A DNA stretch of 64,000 nt from Endomicrobiaceae bacterium (GCA_963666965.1 OY762939.1:1235287-1299286), one strand, 5' to 3'; numbered from the stretch's first letter, positions 27,507 to 37,193 are shown. Numbers and translations are program-made. Notes: generated from the letters alone by a model not told the origin.

Positions 27507-27580
27507 TGGGCCTGGTAGGACTTGAACCTACGACCATTCGATTATGAGTCGAGTGCTCTAACCAACTGAGCTACAGGCCC
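27507..27580 (-). tRNA. tRNA with CAT anticodon (elongator Met, or Ile2 if lysidine-modified)
   Basis: The reverse complement begins gggcctgtagctcagttggttagagc, has the anticodon loop ctCATaa, and ends ggttcaagtcctaccaggccca. Confidence 0.85.
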
Positions 27581-27650
27581 TTTAAAAACAGTGGAAAGAT
27601 TATACTTAAAACTTTGTTTTAAGTCAAATTTTTGATTATAAAAAGATAAA

Positions 27651-29375
27651 TCAGAAACTTCTTTTCCGACGGAAAAATCGTTTTGCATTTCCGGATTTTG
27701 CAAAACTGCGTTTGTCAAAATGCTGAGTCAGCGTCAATTTTTGCTTCATTCTGGCATTTCTGTCTTTTTCAACAAATAACGGATTCCCGTTTAAATCTTG
27801 TTCGCAATAATACATAAGAGTTGAGTATGTTGAAGGAGCTGGGGTAAAAACCTGAACCTGTTCCGGCGTAAATTTTAAGTGTTTTTTTACAAATTCAAGC
27901 AGATTTTTTATTTCTTTAATTGAACATCCCGGATGATCGGCCATAAAATAACAGGTCATATATTGGTCAAGCCCCTCATTGGCCGCGTTAAACATTTTTA
28001 TAAATTCAATAAAAGTGTCCTGTTTCGGTTTATTCATGTGAGCAAGCACGATATCTTCAGTATGTTCCGGAGCAATTTTTAACTGTCCTGAAATATTGTT
28101 TTCGGATATGTGTTTAAGATATCTTTCTCCGTTAGTTTTGTCTTTTACAATCATGTCGTGTCTTATGCCGGATGAAACAAAAACTTTTTTTATTTTTTCG
28201 TTTTCTTTTATTTTGTTTAAAAGATTTATCTGTATATCGTGTGAAAAAATAAGATTTTCGCATATTTCAGGGTGCAGACATTTTTTGTTTTTGCATACTC
28301 CTGCCGTTTTGTGCAGTTTGCATGACAATCCGTACATGTTTCCGGTAGGTCCGCCAACATCTGATATATAGCCCTTAAAATCCGGCATTTGAGCAAGCTT
28401 TTCTATTTCTTTGACTATAGATTTTTCACTTCTTGAAATTACGGTTTTTCCCTGATGAACGGCGATTGCGCAAAAATTACATTCTCCGCAGCATCCTCTG
28501 TGCGAAATTACGGAAAATTTGATAGTTTCCTGTGATTTTACGGCGCCGGATTTAAGACAGTAAGGGTGAACCTGTCTTGTAAATTCCATATCCGATATTT
28601 CATCCAGTTCTTGCTGAGTCAGAACATCTTGGATTTGATTATGGATCAAGTATCGTGTATCATGCTGCTGAAACATATTTTTGTCCTGATTTTCATAAAA
28701 TAGTTTGAACATTTTTGCAAAAGAATCTTTTGACAATACACATTCTTCATAGGACGGCAGTTCAAGATAATTTTCAGGTTTATCTTTTGAAACATAACAA
28801 ATACCTTTTATATTTTTATAATCAAGATTATTTTTTAATCTGCCGGCAAGTTCCAAAGTTGTTTTCTCGCCCATTCCGTAAACAATAATATCGGCTTTCG
28901 AATCAAATAAAAGAGATCTTCTGAGTTTATTGTCTTTTAGATCAAAATGGGTTATCCTTCTCAGGCTTGCTTCGATGCCGCCCAACACGACAGGTTTTGT
29001 GTTTTTAAAATATCTTCTTATCAAATTTGTATAAACCATACATGCCCTGTCGGGGCGTCTGTTATTTATTCCGCCCGGAGTTAAATCATCGTCGTTTCTG
29101 AATTTTCCTGTTGCCGTATAATTTGCAACTAGAGAATCCATGGCGCCTGCAGTAACCGCCCAGAAAAGTTCGGGTTCTCCGAGCCTCAATATTTCATCAG
29201 AATTTATATCGGGTTGCGCTATAATTGCGACTTTGTAACCGTATTTTGAAAGATAATTTCCTACTACGGCAGCACCGTTAAACGGCGAGTCGACATATGT
29301 GTCACCCGATATGATTATTATGTCCGGTTTTTTCCAGTCAAGTTTAATGAGTTCTTCTTTTGTCGTAGGAAGCAT
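27651..29375 (-). CDS. ygiQ: YgiQ-family radical SAM protein (UPF0313)
   Basis: 574 aa. The N-terminal PDIIIISGDTYVDSPFNGAAVVGNYL and the cluster region HRGCCGECNFC are typical of YgiQ. Confidence 0.75.
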   Translation of the reverse strand: MLPTTKEELIKLDWKKPDIIIISGDTYVDSPFNGAAVVGNYLSKYGYKVAIIAQPDINSDEILRLGEPELFWAVTAGAMDSLVANYTATGKFRNDDDLTPGGINNRRPDRACMVYTNLIRRYFKNTKPVVLGGIEASLRRITHFDLKDNKLRRSLLFDSKADIIVYGMGEKTTLELAGRLKNNLDYKNIKGICYVSKDKPENYLELPSYEECVLSKDSFAKMFKLFYENQDKNMFQQHDTRYLIHNQIQDVLTQQELDEISDMEFTRQVHPYCLKSGAVKSQETIKFSVISHRGCCGECNFCAIAVHQGKTVISRSEKSIVKEIEKLAQMPDFKGYISDVGGPTGNMYGLSCKLHKTAGVCKNKKCLHPEICENLIFSHDIQINLLNKIKENEKIKKVFVSSGIRHDMIVKDKTNGERYLKHISENNISGQLKIAPEHTEDIVLAHMNKPKQDTFIEFIKMFNAANEGLDQYMTCYFMADHPGCSIKEIKNLLEFVKKHLKFTPEQVQVFTPAPSTYSTLMYYCEQDLNGNPLFVEKDRNARMKQKLTLTQHFDKRSFAKSGNAKRFFRRKRSF

Positions 29376-29421
29376 TGTAGGACTATTCTATCAAAAAAAT
29401 ATAATAAGAACTAATAATTAT

Positions 29422-29450
29422 TTGACATAAATACAGATGTATGATATAAT
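29422..29450 (+). promoter_or_regulatory. consensus sigma70-type promoter of lexA with an embedded palindrome
   Basis: TTGACA (29422-29427), a 17-nt spacer, then TATAAT (29445-29450). The spacer contains ATACA-GA-TGTAT (29431-29442). Confidence 0.55.
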
Positions 29451-29486
29451 ACAAAAGAATTAGATTATAAATCTGCGGGGTTCTCT

Positions 29487-30080
29487 ATGAAAGAATTAAC
29501 CGAAAAACAAAAAAAAGTACTTAATTTTATCAGTGAATTTTATGCCGAAAATGCGATGATGCCTACCGTGAGGGAAATAGCGGCTCATTTCAAATTGTCG
29601 ATAGGGTCAATCCAGCAGCATTTAAGCAGTCTTCAGACTAAAGGCTTTTTGACCAAGAGAGATTCGATATCAAGGGGAATAGACTTCCCTAACAGACAGA
29701 ATTTTACTCAGGTTGCTGTTTTGGGAAGCGTTCATGCAGGCACTTTTCTTGAACAGATTGAGGACGCAAACGACTATGTTTATATAAATACAAATGTCAC
29801 AAGAAACAGACAATGTTTTGCTTTAAAAGTAAAAGGGGACAGCATGGAGCCTTCCGGTATATTTGAAGGCGATACGATAGTAGTTTCAAAAGAAGATAAA
29901 CCGTATAACGGAGATGTTGTTGTAGCTCTCGTGGACGGAGAATCGGCAGTAAAATTATTTTTTAAAGAAAACGGCAGAATATTTTTAAAATCTTCAAATC
30001 CTAAATATCCGGTAATAACTTCTGACAATATTGAAATCGTAGGCAAACTTATATATCTTGTAAGAGAATATAAAGAGTGA
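29487..30080 (+). CDS. lexA: LexA repressor (S24 peptidase)
   Basis: N-terminal wHTH (PTVREIAAHFKLSIGSIQQHL), an Ala-Gly cleavage site (VHAGT), the catalytic Ser in VKGDSMEP and the Lys in SAVKLF. Confidence 0.85.
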   Translation: MKELTEKQKKVLNFISEFYAENAMMPTVREIAAHFKLSIGSIQQHLSSLQTKGFLTKRDSISRGIDFPNRQNFTQVAVLGSVHAGTFLEQIEDANDYVYINTNVTRNRQCFALKVKGDSMEPSGIFEGDTIVVSKEDKPYNGDVVVALVDGESAVKLFFKENGRIFLKSSNPKYPVITSDNIEIVGKLIYLVREYKE

Positions 30081-30265
30081 ATATGAATAAATTGTTTTAT
30101 TTTTTATTTGTTGCCGATATTGCAGCCGGCGCGGTTGCGGGTTTTTTTACGAATTTCATATTCGGATTGATTACAGCTTTAGTTTTATTATTTATCAACG
30201 GTGTAACTTTTTATTTTATTATTAAAATCAGAAAAAGGGCGGAATTGACAAATGAAAACAGATGA
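30077..30265 (+). CDS. small 2-TM membrane protein
   Basis: 62 aa. Overlaps the lexA stop (GTGA; an alternative ATG is at 30083). Strongly hydrophobic. Confidence 0.4.
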   Translation: MNMNKLFYFLFVADIAAGAVAGFFTNFIFGLITALVLLFINGVTFYFIIKIRKRAELTNENR

Positions 30266-30461
30266 AACTAAGTATAAAAAATACAAATATATTTTTTTAT
30301 TGTCCACATTTGCCGGAGTAGCAGGTCTTTATATCGCTTACAAATTTCATTCCGAAACCGCAAAATACATATCTTATGTGTTATTTGCGATATGGCTTAT
30401 TCTTGCAGTCTTTGTCAGAGTATCCATTATAAAAGACAAAAAAAATCATATTACAAAATAA
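30252..30461 (+). CDS. small 2-TM membrane protein
   Basis: 69 aa. Overlaps the previous small ORF by 14 nt. Confidence 0.4.
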   Translation: MKTDETKYKKYKYIFLLSTFAGVAGLYIAYKFHSETAKYISYVLFAIWLILAVFVRVSIIKDKKNHITK

Positions 30462-30563
30462 ATTCTTTACAGATTTGCCTCAATATAATAAAATTAACAT
30501 TGAAAATGTAATATTTTCAATGTTTTTACGGTCAGTTTATTTTAAATATAACGGGATATCTGT

Positions 30564-33500
30564 ATGAATCTTGCAAGTTTATCAATTAAAAGGCCTACAT
30601 TGGTTTTTTCTGCTTTGGCGGCAATGATAATTGTCGGCCTCATCTTATTTGAAAGAATACCTGTAAGGCTTTTTCCTGATGTGGAAATGCCTTTTATTGT
30701 TGTTGACATAAGATACGACGGAGCAGGTCCGGAAGAAATAGAAAGAAGGGTATCAAGAAGAGTTGAAAACGCCGTAAGTCCGATTTCCGGAATAAAACAT
30801 ATTTCATCAATAAGCCAGGAAGGACAGTCAATGACGACTGTGGAATTTCTTTTGTCAAAAAATCCTGAAACAGCTCTTCAGGAAGTAAAAGATAAAGTGG
30901 CGGAAATAAGAAGATGGTTTCCCGATGAAATAGATGAACCCGTTATTTATAAAATGGATCCTGACTCAGAACCTATAATGACGGTCAGTCTAAATGCAAA
31001 TCTTCCCGCAAAAGATATATATGATCTGGGAGACGAAATATTCAGAAAAGAACTATTCAGAGTAGACGGTGTATCAAAGATACTTATGGTCGGAGGCACA
31101 AGAAGAGAACTTCAGGTAAGAGCCGATCTGGATAAACTTAAACAGTATGATTTGACTCTTACGGATATAACCAGCGCAATCAAATCAAACAGTTCAAATA
31201 TTCCTATCGGAAAATTCTCAAACCAGAGCGAAGATATAACTTACAGAAGCATGGGGGAATTTCGCAGCGTTGATAAAATAAAAGACGTCAATTTGAATTT
31301 TTTGGGGAACGATGTCGCAGTGCCTATAAGCCATGTGGCCGATGTCAGAGATACCGTTGAAGACAGGAAAACCAAAGGAAGAATAACCGTAAGAAACGGC
31401 GGCATGATACAGAAAAAAAATTCACTTCTTCTAAGAATATACAAACAGTCAAAATCAAACGATGTTAAAATATCAGACGGCATAAATAAAAAGATAAGAG
31501 AATTAAATGCCGAGTATTCTCATTCACATGGAAATCCCGTTCTTGAAGTGGTTACAGACAACGCAAAAGCAATAAGAGAAAATATAGAAGATGTAAAAAA
31601 CACAATATTTGAAGGTATTTTCCTTGCAATAATAGTTGTTTACTTCTTTTTGGCAAGCTGGCGTTCAACTTTTATAACAGCTCTTGCTCTGCCTAACAGC
31701 CTTATAGGTTCTTTTATTTTTATGTATTTATTCGGATTCAGCGTAAATATAATTTCTTTGTTGTCTCTGTCTCTTGCAGTGGGACTTTTGATTGATGATG
31801 CAATAGTAGTGAGAGAAAATATTTTCAGACACGTTGAGCAGGGAGAGGACCCTTTGGTTGCCGCACAAAAAGGAACCGATGAAGTTGCGCTTGCTGTAAT
31901 AGCGACTACAAGTTCAGTTATAGCCGTCTTTCTTCCAGTCGGTTTTTTGAGCGGAATGGTGGGGCAGTTTTTTAAGGAATTCGGATTGGTTGTCGTTTTT
32001 GCCATGATGATTTCTCTTATGGATGCCCTTACAATTGCTCCTATGCTTTCGGCATATATGATACAAACCGGTTCAAAAACAAAGAACAATAACCGCTTTG
32101 TTTACACTATTTCCAAAATAATAAGAAAATTAACAGTTGATTGGTTTGAAAAAGTATATTTTTTTATATCTAAAGCTTATGTTTTTAGCATCAGATATAT
32201 TATCGATAATAAAATAAAAACAATAACATTAACCGTCTTGGTTTGTGCCATGTCTTTTATTTTGTTGAAACATATTCCGGTTGCTTTTATATCAAATGCT
32301 GAAATGGGAGAATTTAATATTGCAGTAGAAGCTGCTCCAAAAACTTCAATAGAAAAAATGGATAAATACACGGCCGATATTGAACAAATTGTAATGCAAA
32401 GCAAGGAAGTTTCTTTTGTAGTCAGCGCAATAGGCTCAAGCGTTGAACCGAACACTTCAAATGTTTTTGTAAAACTTATTCCTTCCCAAGAGAGAAATAA
32501 GAAAACAAGCGCCGTAAAAAAAGATATAAGAAATTCTTTAAACAAAGTATTCGGCGGAGAATTAAAATTTTCACTTAATGACAATATGGGTCTTAACAGC
32601 CAGAGACCGTTTTTGCTTCATCTCTATGGCGATGATATCTTACGCCTTACGGAAAGGGCTGATATTCTTATTGAAAAATTTAAAAAAATAAAAGGGCTTG
32701 TTGATTTAAGGACGAATTATGTTTCCGGAAAACCGGAAATACAGATCAGGCTTGATTCCGAAAAAATGAAAGAGTTCGGAGTTAACTCTGTAGATGCGGG
32801 AAATGAACTCAGGGCCATGGTTGAAGGAACCAAGCCGGCTGTCTACAGACAGGATACGCTTGAATACGATATAAGAGTCAGACTTAATGAATCACAAAGA
32901 GACCTTAGAAAAGCCTATCATAAACTTTATGTTAAAAACAGAAACGGGAAACTTGTAAAATTGAATAATATTGCTTCTTTTGACGAAGCGGAAGGTCCTA
33001 ATAAAATTTTCAGAAGAGACAGATCGAGATATATTTCAATTGAAGGAAATCTTGAGCCCGAAGTGACAATTACTCAAGTTCAGAAAGCCACCAAACAAAT
33101 TGTTGAGCAAAACATTAAGGAAGAAAAAGAAAAATGGAATAAAATAAGATACGTTTACGCCGGAAATTCTGAAGATATGAAAGATTTGTTCAGCAATATG
33201 ATAATGGCCGGAATACTTTCTTTGATATTTATATATATGGTTCTTGCAAGTTTGTATGAATCAGTTATTACTCCTTTTACGATTATGGTTGCATTGCCTC
33301 TTTCAATAACAGGCGGACTTGCGGCTTTGTTTTTGACAGGAGAAACAATAAATATGTTTACAATGATAGGATTTATCATGCTTTTGGGGATAGTTGCAAA
33401 AAATTCAATTTTACTTGTTGATTATATACAGCAGCTCATAAGACGCGGTAAATCGGTGAAAGACGCAATTGTTGAAGGGGGAAGAATAAGATTGAGGCCT

Positions 33501-33740
33501 ATACTTATGACTTCATTTGCGCTTTCGGCAGGTATGCTTCCTACTGCCGTCGGATTAACCGAGGCCGGCTCTTTCAGAAAGGGGATGGGGATAGTAGTTA
33601 TAGGCGGAATAATAAGTTCAACGGTATTGACTTTACTTATTATTCCTGCTATTTTTGAATATATGATGACTTTTAGAATGTGGCTTAGAAAAATACTCGG
33701 AAGGCCGCCTCTGAGAACTATTGATAAAATAAATCAATGA
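30564..33740 (+). CDS. RND efflux transporter permease (AcrB/HAE1-like)
   Basis: 1058 aa with 12-TM and two-large-loop organisation. N-terminal SIKRPTLVFSALAAMIIVGL and conserved TM4 region SLAVGLLIDDAIVVREN. Confidence 0.85.
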   Translation: MNLASLSIKRPTLVFSALAAMIIVGLILFERIPVRLFPDVEMPFIVVDIRYDGAGPEEIERRVSRRVENAVSPISGIKHISSISQEGQSMTTVEFLLSKNPETALQEVKDKVAEIRRWFPDEIDEPVIYKMDPDSEPIMTVSLNANLPAKDIYDLGDEIFRKELFRVDGVSKILMVGGTRRELQVRADLDKLKQYDLTLTDITSAIKSNSSNIPIGKFSNQSEDITYRSMGEFRSVDKIKDVNLNFLGNDVAVPISHVADVRDTVEDRKTKGRITVRNGGMIQKKNSLLLRIYKQSKSNDVKISDGINKKIRELNAEYSHSHGNPVLEVVTDNAKAIRENIEDVKNTIFEGIFLAIIVVYFFLASWRSTFITALALPNSLIGSFIFMYLFGFSVNIISLLSLSLAVGLLIDDAIVVRENIFRHVEQGEDPLVAAQKGTDEVALAVIATTSSVIAVFLPVGFLSGMVGQFFKEFGLVVVFAMMISLMDALTIAPMLSAYMIQTGSKTKNNNRFVYTISKIIRKLTVDWFEKVYFFISKAYVFSIRYIIDNKIKTITLTVLVCAMSFILLKHIPVAFISNAEMGEFNIAVEAAPKTSIEKMDKYTADIEQIVMQSKEVSFVVSAIGSSVEPNTSNVFVKLIPSQERNKKTSAVKKDIRNSLNKVFGGELKFSLNDNMGLNSQRPFLLHLYGDDILRLTERADILIEKFKKIKGLVDLRTNYVSGKPEIQIRLDSEKMKEFGVNSVDAGNELRAMVEGTKPAVYRQDTLEYDIRVRLNESQRDLRKAYHKLYVKNRNGKLVKLNNIASFDEAEGPNKIFRRDRSRYISIEGNLEPEVTITQVQKATKQIVEQNIKEEKEKWNKIRYVYAGNSEDMKDLFSNMIMAGILSLIFIYMVLASLYESVITPFTIMVALPLSITGGLAALFLTGETINMFTMIGFIMLLGIVAKNSILLVDYIQQLIRRGKSVKDAIVEGGRIRLRPILMTSFALSAGMLPTAVGLTEAGSFRKGMGIVVIGGIISSTVLTLLIIPAIFEYMMTFRMWLRKILGRPPLRTIDKINQ

Positions 33741-33782
33741 TGCTGATTGTAAAAATTTTTGTATGTTGACACGGAGGTATTT

Positions 33783-33992
33783 ATGTTCGGTTTGGGATTT
33801 CAGGAAATTTTATTGCTTTTTATTCTTGCCTTGTTGCTTTTCGGAGCAAAAAAACTGCCTCAGATAGGAAGAGCTCTCGGGAATTCCATAAAAGAATTCA
33901 AAGATGCTTTTGACGGTAAAAAAAACGAAGAAGACAAAACATCTGAAAAACAAGATGCGTCTGAGAAACAAAATGACAACAACGGAAAATAA
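33783..33992 (+). CDS. tatA: twin-arginine translocase TatA/E
   Basis: RBS ggagg. MFGLGFQEILLLFILALLLFGAKKLPQIGRALG is a canonical TatA N-terminus. The start was moved from 33759. Confidence 0.85.
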   Translation: MFGLGFQEILLLFILALLLFGAKKLPQIGRALGNSIKEFKDAFDGKKNEEDKTSEKQDASEKQNDNNGK

Positions 33993-34740
33993 AAAAACTT
34001 TAATCTCTCATCTTGAGGATTTAAGATTTGTTTTTATACGTTCATTGATTTATCTTATTGCCGCATCAGCGGCGTCTTTCTTTTTTGCCGATAAGATAAT
34101 AGATTTAATAAAACTTCCGTCAAAAGATATAATTACCGGCTTTTATATTCTTAAACCTACAGATTCTGTTGCTATATATTTTAAAACCATAATGTACGGC
34201 GCGTTTGTGGTTGCTTTTTTGCCGGTTATGTATGAAATTGTAAATTTCATAAAACCGGCATTTCAAAAAGAACAATTTTCTTTTATAATAAAATGGACTC
34301 TTTTTTCGATGTTTTTATTTGTTATTGGCACGCTGTTTGTGTATTTTGCGGTTTTGCCGGTATCTGTAAAATTTCTTATAGGACTGGCCAATTCTCTTAC
34401 GCCTACCGGCTCACAGGTTTCTTTTAACGCATATATTTCTTTTGTTTTGATGCTTTTATTATGCGGAGGGATAACCTTTCAAATACCGCTTATATGCGCT
34501 GTTCTTACAATGGTTAATTTAATTACACCTTTCATGCTTTCAAAATTCAGAAAAGAAATATTTTTTGGTTTATGCGTTTTTGCGGCTGTGATTACGCCTA
34601 CTACTGATGTTTTCAGCATGATGTTGTTTGTAGTTCCTATGATAGTTTTGTATGAAATAGGGATAATTATATCTTCAATAATATATAAAAATAAAACTGC
34701 TGAGATTGATAAAATTTATCACGGAGCCGGATATGATTAA
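33973..34740 (+). CDS. tatC: twin-arginine translocase TatC
   Basis: Begins MTTTENKKTLISHLEDLRFVFIRS (the HLxELR-like TatC start) and has 6 TM. Overlaps the end of tatA. Confidence 0.8.
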   Translation: MTTTENKKTLISHLEDLRFVFIRSLIYLIAASAASFFFADKIIDLIKLPSKDIITGFYILKPTDSVAIYFKTIMYGAFVVAFLPVMYEIVNFIKPAFQKEQFSFIIKWTLFSMFLFVIGTLFVYFAVLPVSVKFLIGLANSLTPTGSQVSFNAYISFVLMLLLCGGITFQIPLICAVLTMVNLITPFMLSKFRKEIFFGLCVFAAVITPTTDVFSMMLFVVPMIVLYEIGIIISSIIYKNKTAEIDKIYHGAGYD

Positions 34741-35710
34741 AAAAATTGCTGAATTATTGGAGAACGGTTATACGAGAAAGGGGTTTTTGAAAATACTTTT
34801 TATCGGTTTTGCTGCGGCTTTTTTAGCAACGGTTAAAACGAAAAAATTGTTCGCCTCCGGTACAAAAAAAATACATCCAAGGCGTGTAAGAAAAATATCT
34901 GCCGATTACGATCTTGTTTCCGTTGAAGGTGACAATATAGAAATAATGACAAAAAAACTTATGGATGAACTCGGCGGCATAGAAAAATTTGTTAAAAAAG
35001 GCGACATTGTTGTTGTAAAGCCTAATATAGGCTGGAACAGAGCCCCGGAGTATGCGGCGGATACAAATCCCGAACTTGTTGCCGCGGTTGTAAAAATCTG
35101 TCTTAAGGCCGGAGCAAAAAAAGTGAACGTTTTTGACAACACATGCAATGAAGAAAAAATGTGTTATAAAAATTCAGGTATTGAAGATGCCGTAAAAAAA
35201 GCGGGCGGAAATATTTATTTTATGGATCGTTTTAGATATATTCCCGCTGATTTTCAGTCAGAATCTTCAATGCAGGATTATCCTGTTTATGCCGATGCCG
35301 TAAACTGTGACTGTTTTATAAATATTCCCATAGCAAAAACTCACGGACTTGCCAAACTTACTCTTTCAATTAAAAATCTTATGGGCGTGTGGGGCGGAAA
35401 CCGCTCTACAATGCATTGGGATATAGACAGAAAACTTACAGAAATTCTTGCCTTTATAAAGCCTGATTTAAATATCATTGACGGTTATAGAATTCTTACT
35501 GCAAACGGTCCGCGCGGCGGCAATTTGGCGGATGTAAAAAAAATGTCTACGATAATAGCTTCTACTGATGCTGTTCTTGCCGATTCATATGCCGCAAAAA
35601 AATTATTTAATATAAATCCTTCGGACATTTCACATATAAAAACGGCGTATGAAGCAGGACTTGGCAATATGAATTTTTCTGCCGCAAAAATTAAAAAAAT
35701 AAAAATTTAA
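34733..35710 (+). CDS. DUF362 domain protein with Tat-like (TRKGFLK) signal peptide
   Basis: RBS ggag, with the ATG overlapping the end of tatC. YTRKGFLKILFIGFAAAFLA matches S/T-R-R-x-F-L-K apart from RK in place of RR. The body is DUF362-like (VVVKPNIGW...). Confidence 0.6.
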   Translation: MIKKIAELLENGYTRKGFLKILFIGFAAAFLATVKTKKLFASGTKKIHPRRVRKISADYDLVSVEGDNIEIMTKKLMDELGGIEKFVKKGDIVVVKPNIGWNRAPEYAADTNPELVAAVVKICLKAGAKKVNVFDNTCNEEKMCYKNSGIEDAVKKAGGNIYFMDRFRYIPADFQSESSMQDYPVYADAVNCDCFINIPIAKTHGLAKLTLSIKNLMGVWGGNRSTMHWDIDRKLTEILAFIKPDLNIIDGYRILTANGPRGGNLADVKKMSTIIASTDAVLADSYAAKKLFNINPSDISHIKTAYEAGLGNMNFSAAKIKKIKI

Positions 35711-35711
35711 A

Positions 35712-37193
35712 ATGAAAACGAAAACTTTAAGAATAACGGTTCAAACTTTATTTTTTGTTCTTATATGCGCATCTTTTTGGTATTTAAGATATCCGCTTTC
35801 AGAAAAATTTAATCCGATATATTTTTTTCAGCTTTCCCCGGTAACATTTTTAGTTTCGCATTTTTTCACGGCGGCAATTGTAACTGCGTTATTTTTAATT
35901 TTTCTTACGTTTATATTCGGCAGAGTTTTTTGCGGATGGATGTGCCCTTACGGGACATTGATGGATATTGCGGCTTTTATTGCCGCCCCTTTTAGAAGGT
36001 ACAAAGAAACTCAGCCTTCCTTTATAAAATCAAAATATTTTTTACTTGCTATTCTTACGGCGCTTTTATTTTTAGGTTTTCAAATATTCTATCTGTTTGA
36101 ACCTATTACTATTTTTGCAAGGGGATTTTATTTTACGGTTTATACTGTAAAAAATAACATTCTTGTTGATATTTTTTATAAAATCATGTCGGGAAACCCC
36201 GGCGTTATAATAGAAAGCATATACAGTTTTTTTAAAAGTTCCGTAATAGAAAACAGACATGTTGTCTTTAACAATAATTTTATAACATTTATCTTTTTTG
36301 TCGTTCCTATAAGTTTTGTTTTCATAAAAAGAAGATTTTGGTGCAGATATATATGCCCGCTCGGAACGTCTCTTGCCGTCATAGCAACAATTTCTTTATT
36401 AAAAAGAAAGAATATATCATGTTCCGATAAATGTTCAAGATGCGTCAGTCAGTGCAGAATGAATGCGGTAAAAAACGATAATTCATACGTGCCTCAGGAA
36501 TGTATATTATGCGGAGATTGTATAGGCGGCGGGCCATGCGGAAAAAAATCTGAGTTTGCTTTTTCGATACCGTTTAAAAAACAACAAAATTTAAATGAAA
36601 AGAACGGGATTACCAGAAAAGATTTCATACTGTGGTCGCTTACCGGCTTAATTTTATTTTTCGGATGGAAAAAGATAAAAAGCGGAAACAGAAACGTAAT
36701 ACGTCCTCCAGGTGCCGAAGACGAGGAATCATTCAAGATAAAATGCGTCCGTTGCGGCAATTGTATGAAAGTTTGTGTTACTAACGGTTTACAGCCTGTT
36801 TTGCTGGAAAGCGGATTTGACGGAATATGGACGCCTAAACTTGATCCGAACACTGGATATTGTGAATATGAATGCGTTTTGTGCACAAAAGTGTGCCCAA
36901 CAGGAGCAATAAGAAAACTTTCAGAAAATGAAAAAACATATACCAAAATAGGCATAGCAAAAATACAGAAAGATGTATGTGCGCCTTGGAAAGACGGGCT
37001 TGAATGTCTTGTGTGCGAAGAACACTGTCCTGTTGCTTCAAAAGCCATAAAACTGCAAAAAATAACAGTAAACGGAAATGAAGTACAAGCGCCTTATATT
37101 GAAGAAGAATTGTGCGTAGGATGTTCTATATGCGAAAATAAATGCCCCGCATTTGAAAATAACAAAAAAGGAATAATAGTAGAACCTATTTGA
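35712..37193 (+). CDS. membrane-bound polyferredoxin (NapH/MauN-like N-terminus + 4x 4Fe-4S C-terminus)
   Basis: CGWMCPYGT and CRYICPLGT (CxxCP) lie between TM helices. The C-terminal Fe-S motifs are CVRCGNCMKVC, CVLCTKVCP, CLVCEEHCP and CVGCSICENKCP. Confidence 0.7.
   Translation: MKTKTLRITVQTLFFVLICASFWYLRYPLSEKFNPIYFFQLSPVTFLVSHFFTAAIVTALFLIFLTFIFGRVFCGWMCPYGTLMDIAAFIAAPFRRYKETQPSFIKSKYFLLAILTALLFLGFQIFYLFEPITIFARGFYFTVYTVKNNILVDIFYKIMSGNPGVIIESIYSFFKSSVIENRHVVFNNNFITFIFFVVPISFVFIKRRFWCRYICPLGTSLAVIATISLLKRKNISCSDKCSRCVSQCRMNAVKNDNSYVPQECILCGDCIGGGPCGKKSEFAFSIPFKKQQNLNEKNGITRKDFILWSLTGLILFFGWKKIKSGNRNVIRPPGAEDEESFKIKCVRCGNCMKVCVTNGLQPVLLESGFDGIWTPKLDPNTGYCEYECVLCTKVCPTGAIRKLSENEKTYTKIGIAKIQKDVCAPWKDGLECLVCEEHCPVASKAIKLQKITVNGNEVQAPYIEEELCVGCSICENKCPAFENNKKGIIVEPI

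Noticed and set aside
36494-37048. Long antisense ORFs inside confidently assigned genes, for example 184 aa here opposite the polyferredoxin gene. The same pattern occurs at 31640-32089, 23377-23850, 8987-9367, 3321-3707 and many of the 60-100 aa track entries.
   Set aside because: They lie entirely within genes that have strong family signatures on the other strand. They have odd low-complexity composition, lack RBS-like sequences and show no recognisable motifs. This is typical of spurious ORFs in AT-rich DNA.
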